This document shows, piece by piece, positions 12,736 to 25,220 of a stretch of 64,000 nt of DNA. The DNA comes from Nageia nagi (Eukaryota > Plantae > Pinophyta), in the NCBI GenBank assembly GCA_050084985.1, contig JBITNC010000002.1, positions 12,648,001-12,712,000 on the forward strand, written 5' to 3'. How positions within the stretch are numbered: the first letter of the stretch is position 1; every line of letters begins with the position of its first letter. The notes under the pieces are model-generated. The model saw only the letters and a program-made list of their open reading frames with translations. It was not told the origin of the DNA and did not search any database. The position numbers and the translations under genes are program-made.

Positions 12736-15700
12736 TGTAATTTACTAAAGCTCATGTAGTAGGATGCACCTTCTTGGGAGAAATCTTTATTATTTATCTT
12801 TATTTTTAAGTATTTTAGTAAAATTTGGCCATAAGGAGATAAATATTCTAATTTTGGTATAAAAATTTTTAATTAAGCATTCAAGATGCTACATCCCTCT
12901 TTGAGAGGCATTTATTATGATTTTTAGTAAATTAGGAGTATTTAACTATATTATAATTTTCTTAAGTAATTTATAAATAATTTATTTTTTGGGGTTATAA
13001 TTTATCATGCTCATGTGGAATTCCCCATGTAGAGGTGTAATTTGTAATTTAAGTATATTGGGTACTTAATTTTAGAGTGGATCAGCTAGTCAACAAGGGA
13101 AAAGATCAAATTGGCTATAAAAGGAGGGAGATCCCTCATTTAATGATTATCTATTACTTATTCCATATGTTCTTGGTTTGGTCTTGATCTCCATTCTTCT
13201 TGTACATAAGGGAAGTCTTGAAGTTGGCATCCTTAAGCTTTTTGTATCCAAGACTAGTACTTGGACTTGGTAACCCTAATCCTTATATCACACCTTACTT
13301 TAAGGAGGCTTAGCACTTCATCTTTTGCTACAATGATACTTTGGCATTGGACCTCTGGCTGGAGAGAGATAATTTGAGTTTATATTTGTAATTTAAATGG
13401 TTGAATCATAACCTTGAAGGGATATCATATTCCTTGTTCAAAAATTATTAAGAATATATTTTTCTAATTTTATTATGATTTAGATCTTGTTATTTTATCC
13501 CTAGAGGTGTATGTATCACTCCCAAGTAATCATTTAAGTTTTTAAGATATTTATGCATGGTTATTTGGAGGAGTTAAGCTAGATTACATTTTTATGCATG
13601 AATTGCATGCATATTTTAGTATTTATCTTAGATATGATTTAATTAAGTAATTTGGAGAGATAAGAATATTTGGATTTGAATAAATAGGATTAACTCAAGA
13701 GACCACCATTTTTGGTCATTACAGTGGTATTAGACCTTAAGATCTTGCTAGCTTGTTGGATGAGTGAATTTAAGGATAAATCTCAAATCTAGGATCCACA
13801 AACCTTAGATATAGAGTTATAAGGCTAGGTGGAGAGGTCATCTCATTTTTGGGGCTACATTTTCATCATTTGGATATCCATTTTGAAATCAAGAGATTTT
13901 TATCCCATTTTGAAGATAAATTTGATATTAATTTTTAGGTTGATTGGGTTAAGAAAGTGATGTCCAATTTTGAGGTAATATCTTTGCATTATCTCAAAAT
14001 TTTAAGAAAAAATTTGATATCATTTCTAAATTTGGAGCTTCAAGGTGATGATATCATTTTAGGTATTTTTAGAATTAATCTTCTTAGGATAAGTCATGTA
14101 TATTGTGGGAAGAAAATATCAAAATTTTTACCCTTTCATATTTCAAAACAAAATTGCATAATAGGTAAGACAACAATCTTGGGAATACCCTTATTTACAT
14201 ATAAAAGGGGATGTCAAATAATTTGTGTTAATCTCAAGCTTGAGGAAGGGAGGAAAATTTTTTGACACTATACTCATCCAATTTTATAAATTTGAAGGAC
14301 AATTTCAAACATAGATAGCTTGAGGATAGTTTATGTCACTTTTGAGCTCATCTTCACATCACCTAGAGGTTCGTTTAGATTTTAATGATTGATTTTTATA
14401 TTTGTAAGTCTTTGAATGGAAGCATTCAACTTAAATCACCATTATCTGCTATGGAACCATCAAGAAAGACTCATGATATGGATAGTGCACAAAAGGAAAA
14501 AGAAAAATTTTATAATGAAAGAGAATTCAATGGAATCATCAAATTACATAAACCTAGATCCATCAGGGATGAAGAAGGTATGAGTATTACATCACCATTA
14601 GAGTTGAATATTCTTTTTTGAGAATATTTCACACTCACACTAAATTGAAGGACAATATTAAATTTTCTAGAATACTTGGACATCATGAGAAAGAAAGTAG
14701 AAGGGAATTCCTCATTAGGAGAATATACAAATAGAAACTCCCAAATCCCTCCATAAGATAAAAATAAGGCACCAACTTAGGAATACGATTGATAAAAATA
14801 TTAACTTGAAGAATGTCAACAAGACCCATCACTATAATGTTGGGGAAAATGTTGAACAAAAGGAACGTGAGGATACATGATAAATAAATAAATAAAAGGC
14901 TTTGTTTCAATTGCAAAGAACCTTGGAAATCAAATTAATATTTCAAAGGTCAACATCATATCTTATTGGGAAGATTTCAAAATCAAATTTGGAAAAGGCT
15001 TCTAGAAACTAAAACTATCAAAAGAATATCCATGTAAAGAACTCAAAAGGAAAGAACTTCGTTTTATTTGTAAAGGAACTTAGGAACTAGTTTCTCATTA
15101 TCAAGATTAACATTATTACAAAGGAGGATTTATTTATTTGACATGTATTTGGGAGAATCATGGAAAACATCCTAGTATATGATTTGATATATTTAAGGAA
15201 CCTAAGTATCAAACTCTCAAAATTCAAGGACAAGTAGTTAGAGAGAATATACTTATGATAATCGATAATAAGGAAACTAAAAATTTCATAGACAAAGGGT
15301 TTATGGTAAGGAAAACTCTTTCCATAAAATATGTTGAAAGATTTAGAGTCTTGAATGTAAATAGGAAGTTCATGAGATGTAATAGGATGGTAAAACTAAA
15401 GTTAAGGATGGGAAACTAAATACTTAAGGATAAATTTTATGTCTACCCAATGAATGATATTTAACATATAATATATGGGGGTGTAATGGATGTATACCTT
15501 AAGAAACCATCACTTCAATTTCCAAAAATTGGAGATTAATTTCCAAGTTGATGGGCAAAGAATCACCTTGAAAGGAATTAAATATTGTTCTTATCTATGA
15601 AAAATGATATTGAACTAGGTAGAGCAAGTTCATCCCAATCCTGAAGAGCTATTGGGATATTAGAAGTAATATATCCCTCCTTTAAATATGTTTTGGCATC

Positions 15701-17656
15701 ATTCAAAGAAGTGGATCAACTACATCATTGATTTGATGAGGTATTATACTATATCTAATTTTTATCTCAATTTGTTGTGCATATTTCCATTCCTAGCTAG
15801 TATTGGTAGAAGCTTCTTTGAGTATACATGTAAGATAGTTAAGAAAATTCAGTCCTTATCTCATAAATTAGTTTGGAGATAATAATATGAAAGGACTATT
15901 AGAAATATTTGTAATAAAATAATGAATCTTAAAGAGTTTGTTGTTGCATTTGTGACTGAGTTGGTGGAAAATTTACACCTACATGGTTGACTGCTCACTG
16001 ATATATGAAGAAAACATTTGGACATAATTAAAGATTTATTTTGAGGCATAAGAGATAAACTATTAGCTATTTTTAGAGGTTGTACTTGAAATAACTATTG
16101 TAACATAAATGTTGGATCACTTGGGGCTTTATTATAGTATATTTGACATCACACAAAGGGTTACATTTTATAATAGGTTTATTTTTTGCATATTTTCCAC
16201 TTATACATTGATCCAAAAGGTTACCATATCACATAGAATATAAAATTTCATGAGGAATAATTTAGGGGTTAATTTTACTCATATTCAAGAAGGCAAAGAT
16301 GTGTCCTATTTTTACCAAAGACTAATTTTTTGTTAGTAGTTAGGACTCAATATGAGCATGAGTTAGTACATTTAATATATGCCTATTTAAAAGGCATGAA
16401 GAAGACAAAAAGGTACTTCAACAAACAAAATGTATGGATCTTAATATTACACCAAAAAATATTTTATAAGCCATTACCAAGTACTACATAAAGAATGAGC
16501 CATAATATGTTGATTCTATGCTATATCCAACACATGAATATGAATGTGGAAAGGAGCATGTAACATTGAATTGCTTAGGGTTAAGAAATTTAAGGAGGTG
16601 AGTATTATGATGTCCTTAAATGGCATGCCCTAGGTGTTGAGCATTTTATCAAAATTCTATTTTCAACTCATGTAGTTGGGCACATCTCCTCGGGAGGAAT
16701 ATTTTTTATTTATCTTTATTTCTAAGTATTTTAGTAATATCTGGCCATATGGAGATGAATGTTCTAATTTAGGTGCAAAAATGCTTAATTGAGCACTCAA
16801 GGTGGGGCATCCCTTTACTAAGGGCATTTAGAGTGATTTTTTCAATAAATTAAGAGTATTTACTTATTTTAAAATTTTATTAAGTTGTATAGAATTAATT
16901 CTATATTTTGGGGTTATAATTTATCATCCTAACTTGAGACACCACATGTAAAGGTACAATTTGTAATCTAGATGTATTTGATAGTTAAGTCTATATTGGA
17001 TTATCTAGTCAACAAGGAAAAATAATAAATTGACTATAAATTAAGGGAAAAACCTCATTTGAATTACATCTATTGCTTATTCAATATTTTCTTAGCGTGA
17101 GCTTGCTCCCCATTCTTCTTATGTGCAAGGGAGATCTTGAGGTTAGCATCCTCACTCTTATTCTAGATAATGCTACTATGTAGCCTTGGCTCCTCTTGAG
17201 CCTTAGAGCTCAATCTAGTTTCAAAATCCCTTGTGCATAATTTTATATAGGTGTGAGACTTTGGTAGTGGATGTCATACAAGAGAGAGATAGTTTGAGTT
17301 CAAATATGCAATTGAAGTGGTTGATTAAGTCTCCTTGAGAAATGCTACATTTATAAGGAACTTTGAGGCTTTTAGTTCTCTCTTTTATTTTCAAAAAATA
17401 TTAAAAATATATTTGTAATTTATTATGATATGGGTATTGCTATTTTACACCTAGAGGTGGATGTCTCACTCGTATAGCATCATTTGAGTTTTAAAGATAT
17501 TTATGCATCATTCTTTAGATTAGTTGAGCTAGATTATATTTCTATGGATGAATTAGATGCATATTTAAGTTTTTATCTTAGATATGATTTAATTAAGTAA
17601 TTTGGAGGTTTGGATTTGAATAGGCTTAAATCAAGAGACCCCCATTTTGGAAGACA
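12736..17656 (+). mobile_element. Non-autonomous Gypsy-type LTR element with two LTRs and a gag-protease-only interior (TR-GAG-like)
   Basis: Homologous LTRs at 12736-13723 and ~16606-17656 (shared ctcatgtagt..tatttatctttattt.taagtattttagtaa ... tcaagagacc.ccatttt). PBS tggtattagacc at 13725 (degenerate tRNA-iMet PBS). PPT aaggaggtgagta at ~16592. Protease relic QTLKIQGQVVRENILMIIDNKETKNFID at ~15210. No RT motif was seen. Confidence 0.8.
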
Positions 17657-20600
17657 AAAAAAAAATATTAAACTATATGATAGTGGATGGATCTTCTCTA
17701 TGGGATGAAAAATTGTAGTAGGTCATTACATAGCATGTATTTATCATACTAGGAATGGAACATAAGATACAAGTTGCATCAAAATCAACACATGATCAAC
17801 TCAACCAACAATGAAAATATATAGTTTACGTATGAAATAAACTAAAAATGATGCAAAATAATGTATGAAGAGCATATGAATTAACATAAAATAAAAGATC
17901 ATGTCATTTAGAATTTTTATCTTTTCTTGTTGAACATATGGAAATTTATAATTTTTATGTTGTAGGCATCCTCCTTTGAGCTTTCAAAGCTTATTTTCAA
18001 ATCTATGGCTAAGAATTTGTTAAAGGGTAGGTCTTTTTATTTTTATTTTATTTTACATGCCCACATGTGTTGTCATTATATTAATGTTGTATATTATCAT
18101 ACCATATCTATTAACAAATCATTTAATTTGATATATTAGATGTCTTATCTAATATAAAGAGTTTATAACAAATATTTAATGAATTAAATAATATTAAAAA
18201 TAAATTTACCATAATAACATGAGTTATTAATTGTAAATATGATCTATGAAAAAAATGATAGTGCAATATCATACTTTGAAATAGATATGAACTTATTTTT
18301 ATTGAATACTTTCACTTGGTATATTATTATTTAATTTCATTTGTAATTATTGTATATAATATTTTTATTTGATTTAATATAATATTTTCAATTTGAATTT
18401 TAATATTTCTTATGTGGAAGTTATTTTATTTTCTAATGTTATATATAAAGAAGTGCAATTTTTCTTATTATCTACTTTTAAATTTTATTTGATTCAATGT
18501 AATATTCTTTCTTGTGAAGAATATAAAAAATATTTTATTAGATTACAATTCTTATAGGTGTAAACACATAATTAATATCTTATGATAACAATAAGATTAT
18601 GTTTACAATAAATATTTATTTTCACAATTCGACCAATTTAGAATTATTATGTTGATAAAATATTTTTACTAATACTACATACTTATATTTTGCTACAATA
18701 ACTATTAATTTATTACTTAACAACAATCATTATTATTTAATACTTTTGAAAGTAAAAGGTTATTGATATGTGCATAATGATATACTTTTTTATTTTCTTT
18801 TCAAGCTATCTCTACAAATCAAGATATTTTTTCATAATTAATAATAGATTATTATGCTTAAATTATTATAATTATTATTTTAGTTTTTTTAAAATTATTA
18901 CTATTTATTTTATTATCATGTAAATTGTTAAGATTATACATAAAAATAAATTATAGGATATTGAATAAATGATAAATAATTTATATTTATTTATTTTTAG
19001 AGATTGCATATAAGTATAAATTATTTTTAAAATCATAAATAAAATTTATAGCAAACAAATGCATAGTTAAATATTTATAAAATGAAAGTTAATTATAGTA
19101 TTATGAATTTCAACTATTACATTAGCATATGAATTTTTTTATGTATTCACTTTGATAAAATGGTATTTGCATGTTATTTTACTCTAGTAATTTCTAATCA
19201 TATTAGTAGAAAATATAATAATAAAATAAAGTATCCGCATATGATATATCATCTTAATAATGGATAAGGACAATACACATAACATCCTAGTGGATAGAAA
19301 TTATATTATATCTAATGAAATATATTAAAAATCATAAATATGTTGCATCATATTTGTATGCTAGTAAAATATAATGGATTACTCCCTCAATCATTATAAG
19401 TTACAGAATGGATTGTAAAAGAATATAACATCATATTTCTTCAAGTATAATTGATATTAGAAAGAAAAATATATAAAATTTCTAATTGATATTTTTCTTT
19501 ATAAAAGATTTGGTTTTTTTAGTATATATAAATATTAATACTTTTTAGAATGCTTTAATGATTGTTTTGTATTTAGAATAGAATAACCTATAAAATTATG
19601 TACAATATGATTTAAATATAAACTAATGAATTTTAGAATTCATATAATATCTTAATACAATTCTTAATAAAGAAAATTTTTAAATGAATACATTCAAATA
19701 TTTTAATTTTACTTATCCATGACATTCATAACACATTGTTTAACTCCTATTGATAGAAAGATATGAAGTTCTCAAAAGATATTTATTTTAGTAATATGTA
19801 TGGGCAATGTGAAAAAATTGCATTTTATAAATTATTCCTCTTGATAATAAAATTTTATATGTAATAAGTTTAAACTCCAAATTTATATTTATTTATATTT
19901 TGAAGTATAATTAAGATATAAAAATATAATGTATGACAATAATGTTACCTATCTAGTATAGAAAATAGATTATTTTTAAAAATAAATATTACAATATAAT
20001 AGTATAATAAACAAGATGATTAATATGACCATATAAAAATAGGATGATTACTATTAATTTATTAAAATATATTCAAATCTTTCCATATTATAACATATCA
20101 TACATTATTCATTTACACTTTTGAATAGCATTGTATGGAGGGTTATTAGCAATTAAAGGACAACCTTGTTATTATGTGAGATATGTGAAATAAATATCAA
20201 TTTTTTGATGAATATATCAATTTGAGGGGGTAGTAACTATGCTAACTATATGATATTTCTTAGTTGTCATCATTTCTCATGATATGAGTAGTGAGATATG
20301 CATAAAGTAAACTGAAAACACTACTTATAATCAACCATCAAATGTTATAATCTAAAGATATTATATTATTAATATGATAATGTATTATTAGATTTTTATA
20401 AAAAAAATTATTGATATAGTTCATCAACTATAATTTTCATATTAACTATTTTAAACTAAATATAGGTATTGTTAAATAGAAAACCTAATTTTTGTTTTTC
20501 TGTTAAAAAAGAATAATTTATTGGAAACTTATTTATTTATTAATTAAATACATATTAATTAAATATTTTTATTATGTTATTTCTTTTAATAAAAAAATAA

Positions 20601-20886
20601 CACTTAAAATCAAATAGCACAATTATTAATCTACAAAGTACTTATTACACAAGGTTACAATAACTAATTTTATATTTTTTTTAAATAAAAAATATGAGAT
20701 CATCAAAATGCATCATCATAAAAACATTGCAGATTGCATGAAGTTATCTTTAATTGCTCCTCCCATTCCTAAATGCTGATGGAGAACATAAATAAACGAG
20801 CACATCCTGTGTCTTCCTTTGCATGCACTGTATCACGTTCTCTCTGTTTCGAATCTGATAATTCTATGACAACCGAGTAGATGCCG

Positions 20887-21158
20887 AATATACAAGGATG
20901 GTTAGATGGATATTAATAAAAAGTTACAAACCTTTGTAAATTATAATTAAATTATCTTTCTCTCTTTCATAACGATGCATTCACCTATCCATGTTGTTCG
21001 TCATATACAACTGGCAGGATAAATATGCAAGGATGGTTAGATGGAAATTAATAAAACAGTTATAAACCTTTGTATATTATAATATAAATTATCTTTCTCT
21101 GTCCGTAACGATGCATTTACCTATCCATTGTTGTGAGTCTTATACAACTGGCAGGACA
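20887..21158. repeat. Tandem duplication, 2 x ~135 bp
   Basis: Unit 1 is 20887-21021 and unit 2 is 21022-21158. Both run aatat.caaggatggttagatgga.attaataaaa..taacgatgcatt.acctatccat..tatacaactggcagga.a, with scattered differences. Confidence 0.95.
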
Positions 21159-21515
21159 AGTCTTTTGGAAGAAAAAGACTCCATGATTATGAGAGACTGT
21201 AAAGCTCCGAATGTTGCAGTCAGAAATAGTTTTGTAGATGGAAGGGTATGATTGAACGATCCATAAATTATTCTACTGTCATCACCGACAAAACTGTCAA
21301 AATTGACAATTCTTAGCTCTTCCAGGGTCAATGGCAACAATGATCAACATTCCCACCTGTTTGAAGGCCCCTCTTCCAAAAACCCTAATTACCAAGTTTG
21401 ATAAAACAGAGGGTTTGAAAGAACTCCTCCAGTATTAATGCCCCACAAGGAAGGTGGGGGAAGCACTAGTTTTCCAAGATTATTAAATATGATAGTCAGA
21501 GGCTGGTGGTATGGG
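21140..21515 (-). pseudogene. Possible LRR-coding remnant (NLR-like)
   Basis: One minus frame reads ..QPLTIIFNNLGKLVLPP..*..*SLLPLTLEELRIVNF..FGALQSLIIMESFSSKRLVLPVV*. It has LxxLxI and LxLP patterns like plant NLR LRRs and is interrupted by stops. Confidence 0.35.
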
Positions 21516-24500
21516 TATTATTACATTTTAACATAAAACATGGCCGCATAAAATGATGAAGTTGGTGTTCCAATTTTGAAATTTTCAAGCAAATAATTAG
21601 AATTTGAAAGATGAAACATACGTTAACTGTTTTATAGAGATGTGTGACGTATACTATATTTAGTAGTCGATATCATGATTGAAATTCTAGGTGCATAAAA
21701 ATGGGACTTCTTTAGCGTTTATTTTCGACCTTCCACTGCCTTCTAGGTTGGCTGCTACTAGATACCCTTTCAAAGGGTTAAAGTACTATATTGGAAGGCT
21801 TATGTTTAGGAGGAATTTATGATGCCCAAGCTGTGTTATGTGAAAATTGAAAAGTAATAAATTTTAATGAAATACAAAAATATACTATAATAATGAAAAG
21901 CATGAGAATATATAATAAAATTGAAATAAAAGTATTTTAAAATATGTAAACAATAATTAATATTTTTAAAAATCGAATTTTTTATTTTTGTAGATTTTAA
22001 GCTTTAGTTTGTACATTTTATGATTCTTTTAAATTTAAAATTTAATTTTAAATCATACAAATAGATTTTATTTGGATGGATAGAATATATAGTGAGACTC
22101 TATTACATCATTAATGAAATTAAAAAAAAAAATGTAAAGAATGAAAAATGTCTAATCGACAATGTAGGTAATGATAATTCTTTCAGGTGAGGAGAATACG
22201 AGAGTGTAGTCTTTGAGAACTTGAAAATAGTAAAATAGGGTCAATAAAATCATGTAAATTTTTATAACTTTTCTTATGAATATTAGAGTTTCAATTAGTT
22301 TTTAATTTTTAATTTTTATTGTTGTTATTTTGAGATTTAAAAGTTTAATTATGTTTATGGACTTATATTTATCACCAATAAAAAATCTTATCCCCACTAA
22401 TGGTATGTTATTTTCAGTTGGATTATTTTATTATATTTTTTATGATTATCAATTAAAAATCATGATTTGGGATGATGATTTGATTTAAATGTAGATGAAT
22501 TTAAAATTAAAATAATCATGTTGTCTATAGAAATAACAATAGAAAATATTATAGAGGAAATGGAAATCAAATTAAATTTAAATAGTAGTAACACATATTT
22601 TCCATAGTAGCAAAGTTTGTTTGAATTATGAAATTATTTTGCTTGTATAACGTTTGTGTGTGTATAAAGTTTAATTTATGAGGGTTGTTGTGTTACAAAA
22701 AAACCTTAAAGTAAAAGATAAAATTAATGCTTGTAGAAAATTAATAGCATGAATTTATTTAATAAGTGCAGTAAAGTAAGATAAAATTAAATTAAAACAT
22801 AATTCTAGGAAAAGTATGAGAAAAAAAATCCATGTGCATAGTCATCCGTAACAAGATGTTATGTCCAACCTAAAAAGTTCACCTTTATAGAAGTTATCAT
22901 CATGAAAAAGAATTATTTAAGAAAATTTAATAATGAAAATAATATTCTCATTTAATTAGAATTCCAAGAAAAAAACATATTTGAAAAACCTAATTAGAAA
23001 ATTCCTATTTTAGTTCAATTATAGACATCCCTATGAGTAATTGCAATGGAATATTGTAGAAGATGAAAAAACATATAAAAGTCTATGTTAGTAGAATTTA
23101 AGTTACCATTGTCATTACAGTTTTCACTTTGAATATTCCAATAGTGAAGTAAACCTACTCTCCCTTTACAATAATTCAAATGTTAAGAAATTAGTAATTA
23201 ATATTTTACATGGTCTCAATTTTAATTAAAATTTTAAGAATACTATTTTAATTATAAGAATAGCTATTTCTTTGAAGCATATTTTATTTTTTATGATTAT
23301 TCTATTTGTACTTTTTTTCCACACCACTTATTCATCATAAAATGGGATTAGTAACATTAAAAGTAACTTCAATCTTAAAAATCAAGTTATAAGTAAGATA
23401 ATCTTCACATTTAGTACCTTTGAAGAATATGTAAGATAGTTTGATTTACTATTATAAGTTTAGCAAAACATATTGTATATATATAATATTTTTTCTTTAA
23501 GAAGTATTCTATTTTATAAAAAATAACTTCAATGATAATATAGGATCAAATCCCAATCTAAATCCTATTATTTATTATCACTTAGCATAAGTTTAGATCT
23601 TGTAATAAATTTAATAATGTATATGCTTTGATCTCCTTGTTTTTCTCATTGCGTAAGTTGGAAGGAAGCTATACCCAAACATCGCCTTTCTTATTTTTAT
23701 CATAAACTACCCAATATTAGTTTGTGTTAAACTTTCATTATGCCATGAATGTCTAGCTTCATTAATAATTGAGACAAAGGTAATCTTACATTTGTTTAGT
23801 TGATTTATCCTAGTTATTCCTATTTACTATATTCTAATTTGAAATAGCATGTTCATATAATTAAGCTCTAAATGATAGTATGATAGTGCATATTATTCTC
23901 TTTATACCTTTGATATATTTCTATCCCTTAAAAATTTATTTAATTCCTTTTGAACCATGCTACCCATATTACTACAAACCTTGTGACTTCCTATGTTATG
24001 TATAATAGTTTAGATGAGAACTTTATCTTTATAATCAATTTTCTAGGTTATCAAAAATCACCACTAGTATAATAAAAGCTCCTAATACCCATTATCATCA
24101 TTACGATTATCATCATTACGATGGTATTGGACAATGAACTAAAAAGAAAATGAATATGTTTTCCTCTATTTTTAAATAAGTTATATTAATTTAGGACAAA
24201 ATACCTATTATTTAAACTATACCTTGTTAATATTTGCATATTTCTAATGAGATAAATAAAATATTTAAAATTTTGAATATAATATCCTAGATTAGTCAAA
24301 GTTACTTAGGTTGACTATTCTTTTACTATTGGTGGGAAAAAAAAATAATCCTATCCTTACATTCCTAATTTAGTATAATTATTTTTATATGTTAACTTAA
24401 ATATTTTCTTATTATTAAGTTACAAATATTAGCGATAAAGTATTCCTTCATATGTTTAATTTAAATATCATCATACTTTACTAGAATTTTGATTAAAATC

Positions 24501-25099
24501 CCATATTTAGGTGATAAAGTATCCTTTATTTTCTTGATATTACTCTAAGGTAAGTGTTTATTATTGCATAACATGTTCCCTCTAGAAATTTATTTTACTA
24601 TAATAATCAACCATCTATGTCAAATCCTAATCTACAAGATCCATTGTAGAGCTAAGGCTATTTCAAAGTGTTGATCCCCTTAGTAAAATAGCATTTGTTA
24701 ATATCAAACCCAAATCATATGAATATTGATAAATTTATGAAGCAAAATTATATGACATGATTTTCTAGCCTCTTTAAATATTTAATAATCTATTTTTTCT
24801 TAAAACCCATATTTGCATATGTTAAGGACCTAATATTTAGTCTTTTATATGATGAATGCATCTAAAATATTCTTATTTTTATTATAAAAAGTTCAATATC
24901 TCTTCCAACGCAAATCATTGGAATGTCCTTCCCATTTTGATTATGATTTTCTCCATTTACATAGGCATATAAAGTACCAAAAATAATATATAATAACAAC
25001 TTGTAAGAATAATTTTCTAAAGGATAGCTATAACCTTTCCTAGAGTAAATGTTTTTTTCAATTATACTCAATTTTGGATTCCACAATTCAACTTTTTAA

Positions 25100-25220
25100 T
25101 TTATAATTATTATTATAACTCTTACTAGTTACTGTTACTATTTTTCTTATTCTTGTTCTCTTTATTTTTATTGTTATCGTTGTTCTTGTTATTGTTGTTG
25201 TTGTTATTATTATTATTATC
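25100..25220. repeat. (TAT)n/(TTG)n compound microsatellite
   Basis: ttgttgttgttgttattattattatt and degenerate flanks. A similar (TAT/TAC)n tract lies at ~26860-26945. Confidence 0.8.

Noticed and set aside
17700-20650. Very AT-rich tract as a structured element
   Set aside because: No termini, periodicity or coding relics could be discerned. It looks like ordinary decayed intergenic DNA.
21215-21292. Minus-strand C/D box snoRNA (GTGATGA...CTGA)
   Set aside because: Weak terminal stem and no rRNA/snRNA-complementary guide that I can recognise. It overlaps the LRR-like remnant.
21314-21336. tasiARF-like sequence (ttgaccctggaagagc) suggesting TAS3
   Set aside because: Only partial similarity and no flanking miR390 sites were found.
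21370-21420. AAACCCT motifs as a telomerase RNA template
   Set aside because: The matches are short, with no convincing G-rich 5'/C-rich 3' closing stem or correctly spaced USE-TATA promoter.
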